Shown: positions 27,449-38,630 of the stretch, piece by piece | How positions within the stretch are numbered: position 1 is the first letter of the stretch | Layout: each line of letters opens with the position of its first letter | From: the human T2T-CHM13v2.0 reference genome, Homo sapiens | Assembly (NCBI RefSeq): GCF_009914755.1 | Contig: NC_060931.1 | Direction: 5' to 3' (one strand) | Length of the DNA: 64,000 nucleotides | Notes under the pieces: generated by a model | Told to the model about the DNA's origin: nothing | What the model saw: the letters and a program-made list of their open reading frames with translations, nothing else | The model's database searches: none | Program-made: the position numbers and the translations under genes

Positions 27449-28450
27449 ATGATTTATAAATGGTTTTATAGGATTGAATCAAGCTGATCCCACAACGCTA
27501 CATCCATATTTCCCACCAAAACAAATAAACAAAAACAAACACAAAAACCTATATGTTATTTGTGAAAGTTTATTTTTCATTACTATGCAGTTCTTGCAAA
27601 CAATAAAGTGGAGATAGAGAAAATGAGTCACACAATATGTGTCTTTTGCTCAGTTTATTCATAGAGCCTATATTTTTCACTATTAATAAAGACAGTAGCC
27701 TCCTGTGTTTTCATGCTCATTAATCAGTCAGTGGCTTCATGGATTCTTGCTGTCAGACAATTCTATTTGGAAAACTACCAAGATAGCAACTCCCTTACTT
27801 ATAGAACAACCATAGATGTAGGAGCAATTATCTGTCAAAGAGCATATTTTCTCTTCCTTTTTACCTCCCATCCCTTTGACAGAGCATTTTAGCAACACTA
27901 CTGAGTATATTGATGTCCTTATAATAGGAAGGCAACAATTCTATTCTTTACTTTGGTAAGATGAAATGTTAGGATAATGAAGAGAGCTAAAGATAGTGAA
28001 TTTTTCATTCTCTTTTAAGTAAAAAGCACTACATATTAATCTGCCTTCAGTTTCCTAACTCAAATAGAAAGTTTGGGGGATATTTTAAATTTTAAAACAT
28101 ACATTTTTAAGTTATATACGATAAAATTCAATCTTTTTGTTGCGTAGTTATGTGAGATTTGACAAATATGCAGAGTCATGTAATGACTACCATAAGCAAG
28201 GTACAGAAAAATTTCATCAAATCTCCCCTACTTCAAAAAGTTGTCCATGGCTGCCACTTAATTGTCAGGCCAACTTCCTTAACGCTTGGTATCACTGAAC
28301 TGTTTTCCATCCCTATGGTGTTGCCTTTTCTAGAATATCAAATAAAAGAAATTACACACATGTAGACTTTTGAGTCTGACTTCCTTTAGCCAGCATAATG
28401 TACTGAAATACCTGCATGTTGTGTTGGGCATAAGTAGTTCATACCTTTTT

Positions 28451-29090
28451 GGAATGCCTTTACACTGTTGTGGGAATGTAAATCGTTTGACCATTGTAGA
28501 AGACAGTGTGGCGATTCCTCAAAAACCTAGAAGCAGAAATATCATTTGACCCAGCAATCCCTTTACTGGGTATATACTCAAAGGAATATAAATCATTCTA
28601 TTATAAAGATACATGCATATGTGTGTTCATTGCAGCACTATTCACAATAGCAAAGACATGGAATCAACCCAAATGCCTATCAATGACAGACTGGATAAAG
28701 AAAATACACACATACGCCATGGAATACTATGCAGCCATAAAAAGGAGTGAGATCATGTCCTTTATACGGACATGAATGGAGCTGAAGCCATTATCCTCAG
28801 CAAACTAACACAGGAACAGAAAACCAAACACCGCAGGTTCTCACTTATAAGTAGGAGCTGAACAACGAGAACACATGGACACAGGGAGAAGAACAGCACA
28901 CTCTGGGGCCTGTGTTGGGGTGCGGGGGGAAGGGAGAGAATCAGGATAAATAGCTAATGCATGCAGGACTTAATATCTAGGTGGTAGGTTGATAGGTGCA
29001 GCAAACCATCATGACATACGTTTACCTATGCAAACAACCTGCACATCCTGCACATGTATACTGGAACCTAAAATAAAATTAAAAATAAAA
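28451..29090 (+). mobile_element. L1PA (about L1PA10-13) 3' end
   Basis: ORF2 C-terminus (28506-28775 EISFDPAIPLLGIY..YYAAIK); 3'UTR TCAGGATAAATAGCTAATGCATGC; A-rich tail. Confidence 0.9.
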
Positions 29091-30117
29091 TCGACACAAT
29101 TTGATTATTCATTCCACAGATGAGGAATGTTTGGATAGCTTCTAATTTTCGGTAAGTGAAGCTGTATAAACATTTGTCAAAATGTTGTTCTGTGAACATA
29201 CATTTTTATTTCACTGAAATACCTCTGAGTGAATTTCTGGGTAGAAAGTAATTATATGTTAACTTTGTAAGAAACTGTCAAGACATTTTTCTTAGTGGCG
29301 ATACCACTTTGCATTTACACTGGTCATATATGACAGTCCTAGTTGTTCTTCTGCATCATTGTCAACACTTGGTATTAACACATATATTTTTGTTGTTGTG
29401 TGTGTTTTCATCATTCTAATAGATGAGTAGTGGAATACTATTCTGCTTTTAATTTGTATTTCCTTAATGACTAATGATGTTGAGCATATTTTCATGTGTG
29501 TATTTCCCATCTGTATATTTTCTTTGGTGGAGTGTTTATTCAAATCTTTTGCTTATTTTTATTGGATTTTCTTATTGTTAAGTTTTGCGGCTTCTTCATT
29601 TGCAAACCTTTTCTCTGAGTTTGTTGTGGCTTGTCTTTTTATTTTCTTAACGTTTTCCATAAACCAAATATTTTTAACTTTCATAAAGCCATTTAATCCT
29701 ATTTTTCTTTTATGCATTATGTGTTTAGTATTGTGTCTAAGCAGTCGTCGCTTAATCCAAGATCTCAAAGATTTTGTCCTATCGTTTTGCATTAGTTTTA
29801 CATTTTACATTTAGGTGGTCCCTTTTGAGTCAACTTTTGTATAAAGTATACAGCGCATGTTAAGGTTTAATCTTTTTAATCTTTTGAATATGGATGAATA
29901 AATGACCCAGTACCATTTGTGGAAAGGATTCTTCTTTCTCTATTGAATTGGTTTTGCATCTTTCTCAAACATCAGTTGCACTTTTGTGTATAGGTCTATA
30001 ACTTGACTCTCTAGTCTGTTCCATTGATTTATGTGCCCATTCTTTTGGTAATTCCACACTGTCTTCATTACTGTAGCTTCATAATGAAATTTAAATCCGA
30101 TACTGTGAATTCTCTGA

Positions 30118-30506
<389 letters not shown>

Positions 30507-31869
30507 TATATCTTTTCTTTTTTACTTTTAATTAATCTATGTCATTTTATTTAAGATATCTTTTTGTAGGTAGCTTGTGGTTGAATTTTTAAAATTCATT
30601 TTGACAATCTGTATTGTAATTGGTGTGTTTAGACTACTTACATTAATGTAATTATTTTATTGTCAGGTTAAGTCAACCATTTTGTTACTTTTCCATTTTT
30701 GTTTGTAGGATTTTTATTTCTCTGTTCTCCCTTTCCCACTCTTCTTCTGGGTATTTGAATTTGTCGAAGCATTACATTTTACTTATTAATTGATTTTTGG
30801 CTAATACCACTTTGTATTGCTTTCTAATGGTTTCTCTAGGAATTAAAATATACATGCCTAAGTTTTAATAGTCTTCTTAGAGTTAATATTTTACCACTTC
30901 ATCTAAAACATAGTGGTCTTACAACCTCATAGGCCTCTTAACTTCTCTTTTGTCCTATAATTTCCAAGTGTGTTATATCTATGTACATGAAACCCTCTCC
31001 CTAGATAATGTTATAATTTTTCATTATAACCATGAAATATATTTTTTTAAATGTAAGGAAAAATATATTACATTTTCCAATATGTTTACCATGTGTGTTG
31101 CTCCTCCATCATACCTGAAGTTCCGTGTTTTCCTCTGATATTATTTTCTTCACTTGAAAATTTTTATTTAGTATTTCTTTTAGGGAAGAACCATGGAGAC
31201 AAATTCTCATAATTTTCTTCGTCTGAGAATATCTCTTTCTTTCTTCCAACACCTCCCCCATGGCTACTTTCCATACTTTTTTGGTCTTATTTTGATTGTG
31301 AACTGTCTATGTTTGGTTTTCTTGGAATTATCTTGTCTGGGGTTTGCCTAGCTTCTTGAGTCTGTAAATTTATATATTTTATAAAATAATTTCTATGGAA
31401 GAGTTTAAAAAAAAACTGTGCATAAATTTATTCCTCTTATCAGGTAAAGTAAGGGCTCACTTACTCACCCCTGAACTGGATATCATTAAGTGATCTCAGA
31501 CCCCTTTTCATTAAGCTTCAGTGAGGCTTCAGAATTGTTTACACTACAGTCAATAGCCAATCAAATATTGTGCAAAAGTGTACTAAAGATGTCTTTGAAG
31601 ATGCTGTTCATTACAACTCAGGGACCTCTTCAGTCCTGCTATCGGAGAAATTGCTCTCTCACTTTAGATACTTTAAAAAATCTTAGGGAAACTGTTGAGC
31701 TCCTCTCTGTGATATGTTTGCCAATGCTTACGTACAGATTTGTGGGTCCTTCCACTAAGTATGCAGAATCAGTTGGAGTGCATTTTGTGTATTGACCTCA
31801 CTTATAATTACAGTTTATGTTTTATTTTCTCCTCTTACCCTATTTTCTTCATCTACATATTGAAGATTT

Positions 31870-32440
31870 TATAATTTGTGAGTTGATAAAATCTACTAAA
31901 GTCCTATTGGAAAAATTAGAGATGTAAATAAATAAATTATGGCATCTTCTTTAGTAAAAACACTGAATAGCCTAAAGGTATTAATTCTTCCCAAGTAATT
32001 TATAGTTTTAATGAAATTATAATCAAAGACCTATTTTGGATGTAGACAACATAATTCCAAATCTATTTTGTAGAATAAAGTGATGAAAAGACCTAAGAAA
32101 ATGTTAAAAATGAAGAATGATTAGTCAACTTCCTCGACAATAGATTTAAACATTTGTAGAATTAAAAGTTTTAAAAGAATATGAGCTTTACACAATTCTG
32201 GGCAGGGAAATTAATAAACAGACACATGTTGACTTATGGCAACAACTTAATGTGGAATGAATAAATTAGTTACCAAATGGTTTGAAGGAAATACTTAATC
32301 TCATGCCTTACAACAAAATAAATTCCAGATGCATTAAGGGATTAATTTTTAAAGAATAGCGTACAAATCTACAAGCTATGTGTTGAATTTATCTTTATGA
32401 GAGGAAATTTCTGACGTAGAAACCATGGGAAACATAAACA
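31870..32440 (+). mobile_element. Old L1ME ORF2 fragment
   Basis: ATTAATTCTTCCCAAGTAATTTATAG..AAAATAAATTCCAGATGCATTAAGG. Confidence 0.55.
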
Positions 32441-32449
32441 AAGCGGGGC

Positions 32450-32700
32450 TTATGTAATAATTCGTTGCACAAACTCTGAAGCTGGTCCTCTGGACTCAAA
32501 TCCCAACTTTAGAATTTGCTAGTGGTGTTATCCTGAACAAGTTAGTTAACAGCTCTCTCCTTCCATTTCTAAGATTTTAAATATGGAAAAACACAGTGTC
32601 CACGTCACCTGGATTTTGAGGATTTAATGGGATAACCGATGTGAAGTGCTTAGAATAGTGCTAGGTACATAGTAATTGCTAGATAAGTGTTATTATTTTT
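32450..32700 (+). mobile_element. MIR, near full length
   Basis: CTCAAATCCCAACT..GAACAAGTTAGTTAAC..GAGGATTTAATG..AAGTGCTTAGAATAGTGCTAGGTACATAGTAA. Confidence 0.8.
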
Positions 32701-32921
32701 ATTAGACTTGAGATATTAGATAAAGACTTAAAGCAATGCTAACATTAGAAAATACTTAGAATTTAAAGTGTAAAGTGTTAGGTGAAAATTTTCTGGTTAA
32801 AAAGAACAAAAAAAGTAGCATAATTCTAATTGTGTATTGAAAGTTATTTATACATATTTTAAAAGAAATCTAGAAGAAAATATCCTGAAATATTTCCAGT
32901 GGATAGATCTAGAGAAAAATG

Positions 32922-35328
32922 CAAGCATACCTTTTTTCATTGTCCTTTGCTTTATTGTACTTTGCAGATATTGCATTTTTCACAAATTGAAGGTCTGTGG
33001 TAACACTGTGTCAAGCATGCCTATAGGTGCTGTTTTTTCAACAGCATGTGCTCACTTTGTGTCTGTGTCACATTTGTTAATTCTCACACATTTCAAACTT
33101 TATTATTATTATTATATCTGCTATGATGATCCAAGATTAATGATCTTTGATGTTACTCTTGTAATTGTTTTGGGACAGCACAAATTGTGTCCATAATGAT
33201 GGCACACAATCTATAAATGTTGTGTGTGTTCTGACTGTTCCACTGAGCAGCCATTCCTCCATCTCTCTCCTTCTTCCCAGGCCTCCTTATTCCCTGAGAA
33301 ACAATATTGAAATTAAGCCGATTAGTAACTCTACAATGGCCTCTAAGTGTTCAAGTGAAAGGAAGAATGACACATCTCTCACTTTAAATAAAAAAGCTAG
33401 AAATGATGGAGCTTAGTGAAAAAGGCATATCAAAAGCTGAGATAGGCTGAAGGACTTCTTGTATCAAACAGTTAGCCAAGTTGTGAATCCAAAGGAAAAG
33501 TTCTTGAAGGAAAATAAAAGTGCTACTCCAGTGAACACATGAATAATGAAATGAAACAGGCTTATTGCAGATATGGAGAAAGCTTAAGTGGTCTGGATAA
33601 ATTAAACCAGCAACAACATTTTCTTAAGCCAAAGTCTAATCCAGAGCAAAGTCCTAAGTCTCCTCAATTCCCTGAAGGCTGAGAGTGGGGAAGCTGTAGA
33701 AGAGAATTTTGAAGCTAGCAGATATTGGTTTATCATGTTAAAGGGTAAATAAAAAGTATCCATACCATAAGAGTGCCAGCTAAAGCAGCAAGTGCTGATG
33801 TAGAAGCTGTAACAAGTTATCTGGAAAATCTTGCGAAGATCATGGATAAATGTGGCTACACTAAACAATAGATATTCAATGTATACGAAACAGCTTTATA
33901 TAGTATTGGAAGAAGATGCCAACTAGGAGTTTCATAGTTAAAAAGGAGTAGTCAATGCCTGCCTTCAAAGTTCTAAAGAACAAGCTGATTACCTTGTTAG
34001 AGGCTAATGCAACTGGCAACTTTTCGTTGAAGCCCATGCTCATTGATCATTCTAAAAATCCTAGGCTCTTAAGAATTGCACTAAATCTACTCTGCCTGTG
34101 CTCTATAAATGGAACAACAAAGCCCGGATGGCAGCACATCTATTTATAGCCTGATTTACTGAATATTTTTATCCCACTGTTGACACTTACTGCTCAGAAA
34201 AAAAGATTCCTTTCAAAAGGAATCTTCTCAAAATATTATTGCTCATTTACAAATGTCCCCAGTCAACCAAGAACTCTGATAGCAGTGTACAAGGAGATTA
34301 TTGTTGTTTTCATGCCTGCTAACACAACGTCTGTTTTACAGCCTATGAATCAAGAAGTATTTTTTACTTTCAATTCTTATTAATTAAGTAATACATTGTG
34401 TAAGGCTGTAGCTGCCATAGACAGTGATTCCACCAATGGACCTGGGCAAAGTAAATTGAAACTCTTCAAGAAAGTATCACCATTCTAATGCCATTAAGAA
34501 CATTCATAATTCATGAGAAGAAGCTGAAATATCAAAGTTAACAGGAATTTAGGAGAAGATTTCAACCCTCTTATATAACTTTGAGAGGCTCAAGGGTTCA
34601 ATGGAGGAATCACTGAAGATATGGTGGAAACAGCAAGAGAACTAGAATTAGAAGTGGAGTCTGAAGATGTATCTAAATTGCTACAATTTCATGATAAAAC
34701 TTCAGTGAATGATGAATTGCTTCATATGGATGAGCAAAGAAAGTATTTTTTTGAGATGGGATCTACTTCTGGTGAAAGATACTGAACATTGTTGAAATGA
34801 AAACAAATGATTTAAAATATTATGCAAACTTAGTTGATAAAGCAGCAGCAGGGTTTGAGAAGTTTGACTCCAGTTTGAAAGAAGTTCTACTGTGGGTAAA
34901 ATGCTATCAAACAATATCACATGCCATAAAGAAATCTTTCATGAAAGGATGCATCAGTTGATGTAGCAAACTTCATTGCTGTCTTATTTTAAGAAATTTC
35001 CATAGCCATCAGAACCTTCAGCAATCACCAGCCTGATCAGTCCGCAGCCATCAACATTGAGGCAAGACCCTCCACCAGCCAAAAGATTATGAGTCACAGA
35101 AGGCTTAGATGATCATCAGCATTTTTTTAGCAGCAAAGTATTTTTAAATTAAAGTATATATTTTTTAGACATAATGCTATTTCACACTTAATAGACTAAA
35201 GTATAGTGTAAATATAACCTTTTTATGCACTTTGGAAACCAAAAACCTCATGAGACTTGCTTTATTGCAATATTCACTTTGTTGCATTTGTCTGGAACCA
35301 ACCCACTAATACCTCTGAGGTATGCCTG
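32922..35328 (+). mobile_element. Tigger1 (TcMar-Tigger) full-length fossil, ~2.4 kb, transposase disrupted
   Basis: TIRs CAAGCATACCT.. / ..GAGGTATGCCTG followed by TA; peptides MPAFKVLKNKLITLLEANATGNFSLKPMLI and EIIVVFMPANTTSVLQPMNQ match Tigger1/TIGD1-type transposase; many stops and frameshifts. Confidence 0.95.
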
Positions 35329-35859
35329 TATTGTGTCTAATTTATTTTCTTATTACTTATCAAATTTTCCACAACAAGCATGCTTCTCCTTGCGTAATCA
35401 GAAAAGAAGTTATTACATTTTTTAGAAATGAAATCATTTAAATAATGAAAGAAGAATCACCCAATTTTATTTCAGAAATAAAACAGGAAGGGAAATTAAA
35501 GAGTAAAGGGAAAAGAAAAAATATTTTCTTGGGGTAAGGGTTGTAAGAGAAAAGGAAAGGTTTGTGCATATGTGAAAAAAGATTACTCAAAGTAGTATCA
35601 ACCCAATTGTAGGTGTTAAGAGTTCAAAGATAGGAAGCTTTCTAGGGCATCAAAAACCCTCTAAAGATTTCGGAACTGCGGGAGGTAACATCTATCAAGA
35701 GAATTCGCCAGGGTGGCCGCCAGGGGTCTCCTGTGGACCAGGAAGCCTTGACCTAGGATAAGTCCATGGTTTATGAAGAGAGAAGGAGCCTGTCTTCATG
35801 GAAAGAGGGGAATGAAAAAGAAAGTCTTGTCCATATTTACGCGGCATAATCTTACATCC

Positions 35860-36045
35860 TAGAATCAATGAATGCTAGACCAGAAAGGAACTTGATGGAT
35901 TTTCCAGCTTGGACCTCATTTTAAGATTAGGAAATTTAAACCCAGAGAGGTAGTGAGGACTAACCTGAAGTTACACAGCTGGTGAGACACACAGTTGGAT
36001 AATACTACAGATATCATGGATGACTTTTATACCATCTTACACTGT
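35860..36045 (-). mobile_element. MIR (MIRc/MIR3-like)
   Basis: CCTCATTTTAAGATTAGGAAA..CCCAGAGAGG..CTGAAGTTACACAGCTGG. Confidence 0.6.
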
Positions 36046-36794
36046 TAAAAACTCAGAGACAATCAGTACATAGAATTGCCGCACTGCAACCACAAAGTGA
36101 TTCAGGTGTTGAAAGTACTGATCTTTGGTATTATTTTCACATCATAGTAATGGCATATAATGTTTGGAAACATATTATATGCCTATTATAACTACTTCAT
36201 ATTATAATGTAGAACTTAGCTCAATTTTAATGTTCAAGAACTGTCAAATAAATGTCCATTATTCATTGTTTGACAGTTATGAATACTTTCTTTTCCCTTT
36301 CCTGGCTTAGACATCTTCAAGAATTAATCATTACACTCAGCTTTGTTGGTAGTGAAAAGAAAACAAGTGAAAATCTCAAAATATACCACTTTAAATATGC
36401 CATCCCTGTTAAATGTCCACATTTACACACCTGCATTGTGTGCAACTCTTTGGATTCTGTCCTCTGCCTGCATCGGGCTTCCTATATCCTTATCGCTTTC
36501 AGCCTCTCCTTTCTCCCATCTCAAAGATTTATCCGTACCTCCCTACTGGTGTCCCCTGGATCCTCATTGCCCAGCTTCCTCCTCCCTTGTCAGATGTAGC
36601 CTCTTTACTGTCATTCATTTGTACATCCATCCAATCCACAAATATTTCTTGAACTCCAGCTATATGCAAGCTCTTGTGCAAGAAGCTGTGGGATTACACA
36701 AAGCTGTGGGGTATTGTCAGAGATGCTTCTTCCCCACCTCCAATTCAACTTTACACCTCACGGGGTAAGCTGTAACAATTACAGATTGCTTTGC

Positions 36795-37060
36795 GGCCAG
36801 GTGCAGTGGCTCAGGCCTGTTGTAATCATAGCATTTGGGAGATCAAGGTGGGAATATCCCTTGAGCTCAGAACTTGATGACCAACCTGGGCAACATAGAC
36901 TGTCTTTACTAAAAATTAGCTAGGTGTGATGGCACACATCTGTAATCCCAGCTACCCAGGAAGGAGGCTGAGGTGGGAGGATCGCTTGAGCCTGGACATC
37001 CAAGCCTCAGTGAGCCATGATCACACCACTGTACTCCTGGACAACTGAGAAAGACTCTCT
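36795..37060 (+). mobile_element. AluJ with tail converted to (CT)n(CTAT)n(AT)n
   Basis: CTTGAGCTCAG, CCTGGGCAACATAG, GGGAGGATCGCTTGAGCC, GAGCCATGATCACACC. Confidence 0.85.
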
Positions 37061-37227
37061 CTCTCTCTCTCTATCTATCTATATATATATGCATATATAT
37101 AATATTATATATATAATACTTTAGATAACTAAGTTACATACTATATATATAACTATGCAAAAGTTGGTCAGACTGGAGTAGTGATGAGAGTGATAATGGC
37201 CAACAGTGATTCAGAATCGTTTGACTC

Positions 37228-37305
37228 TATTGGACGAGGGGACTGGTTAATAGAACTAACTAACCAGAACTATTTTGTTCTGTTAACCCATCCCCTCATC
37301 TAATA
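37228..37305 (+). ncRNA. MIR4652: pre-miRNA hsa-mir-4652 (5p 37237-37258; 3p 37277-37298)
   Basis: Long hairpin; arms AGGGGACTGGTTAATAGAACTA and GTTCTGTTAACCCATCCCCTCA match my recall of miR-4652-5p/-3p; the arms pair with 2-nt 3' overhangs at both ends. Confidence 0.88.
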
Positions 37306-37844
37306 GAGTATAAACCTCAATATAAGCTCAACTAGGCTGAGTAAGGCCAAACAAGCAGTCCCCTAGTGTCAGACCAGAGAGAAAAAGTGATGAGAATTTT
37401 AAAAATCTTTGCAATCAATGTCAGTGGTGGTTGAGAAGACCTTCTGAAGGGAGACTATGTGATGAAGGATTACGAAGTGAAAGAAATGGTCAGCATATTG
37501 TTTCCATTGAAAAGACAGAAAATCTTAAATCCAAGGTCATGTTCCTGGCCTTGCTACTGACCTGTAGGCAACAACTCACTGAGTTTCAGACAGCAAGTCT
37601 CTCTTCTAACAAACAGCTGACAACACCTCCTCTTAAGTATTACCCAACCTCTGGCCCCAAAGCACTCCTCAGTCCTCCAGTGCTACAATAAGTCATAATG
37701 ATTACTCAAATGAAATAGAGATCTTTATGAATGAATAAGTTGCGGTGGTATGAGTTTTGAAACCACATCCCAAACCACATAGTAGAGAACAACAAAATCA
37801 GGTCAACCCAGGTGCACTAAAGAGAACTTGCAAAGCCCTTAAAC

Positions 37845-38160
37845 CTAGGAAAAGGAGGGAAGGAGAGGAGGAGAACAGGGAATAAGGGAGGAAGGGAATG
37901 AGGAGAGAGAGGAATGAAAGAAGGAAGGAACAAAGAAAGGGAGGGAGGGAACCAAAAGAAAGAGAAAGAAAAAGAAGGAAGAAATGGGGAGAAATGGGGA
38001 GAGAGAGAAAGAAAGAGAAAGAAAAGGAGGAAGGAAGGATGGAAGGAAGGAAAAGAAGGGAAGGAGGGAGGGAGGAAGGGAGGGGGGAATAGAGAGAGAG
38101 GGAGAGAGAGGAAGGGAGTGAGGGAAAGATGGAGAGAGGGAGGAAGGGAGGGAGGAAAGT
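37845..38160 (+). repeat. Polypurine (GA-rich) low-complexity tract
   Basis: About 315 nt almost only G/A, with GGAA, GGGA and GA units. Confidence 0.95.
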
Positions 38161-38369
38161 TGAAAGCTTGTAGTATTTGCTGATTTTCATGGTGTATTTC
38201 CATCATATCCAATTTGTTGAATATGGAGTTCAGAAATGCTACCTGCAATTGCCTTTTGAGAGCAGGTTTGAGCTGGTGCCCACACCACTGTCTATCACTT
38301 TAGCCCTGTGAGTAACTGTCACTCATCTGTAAAATGGTGATAGCAATTTTGGCGTTGCCATTTCAAAAG

Positions 38370-38630
38370 ACAACTGAGGAATTATTTGCCAGGGAAAAAT
38401 ATTTTAGATAACTAAGTTACATACCTTATAACAAAATTATAGCTGAATTAAATATTAGAGACTGAAAAAAATTAAGATAAATTATTCATGAATGTTACAT
38501 AGTTTTTCAGCAAAATAACTTCCTATGAGTGATAACAAGAAAGCTATAAAGGAAAAGATTGAGGTATTGTATGGAATGAAAAGAAATTCTACTTTATGGC
38601 AAAAATATTATAAGCAGAGTTAAGGTTCAT
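38370..38630 (+). mobile_element. Old L1M ORF2 fragment
   Basis: AAGCTATAAAGGAAAAGATTGA..AAATTCTACTTTATGGCAAAAA. Confidence 0.5.

Noticed and set aside
26683-28775. ORFs resembling L1 ORF2p
   Set aside because: Fragments of truncated L1PA copies with no ORF1, endonuclease or RT
33955-34383. Transposase-like ORFs as a domesticated TIGD gene
   Set aside because: Broken by stops and frameshifts inside an ordinary Tigger1 fossil
35660-35850. Small CpG-containing patch as a promoter
   Set aside because: Too short and CpG-poor for an island; no core promoter arrangement
37798-38248. Long ORFs of 130-143 aa
   Set aside because: Artefact of the stop-poor purine/pyrimidine low-complexity tract
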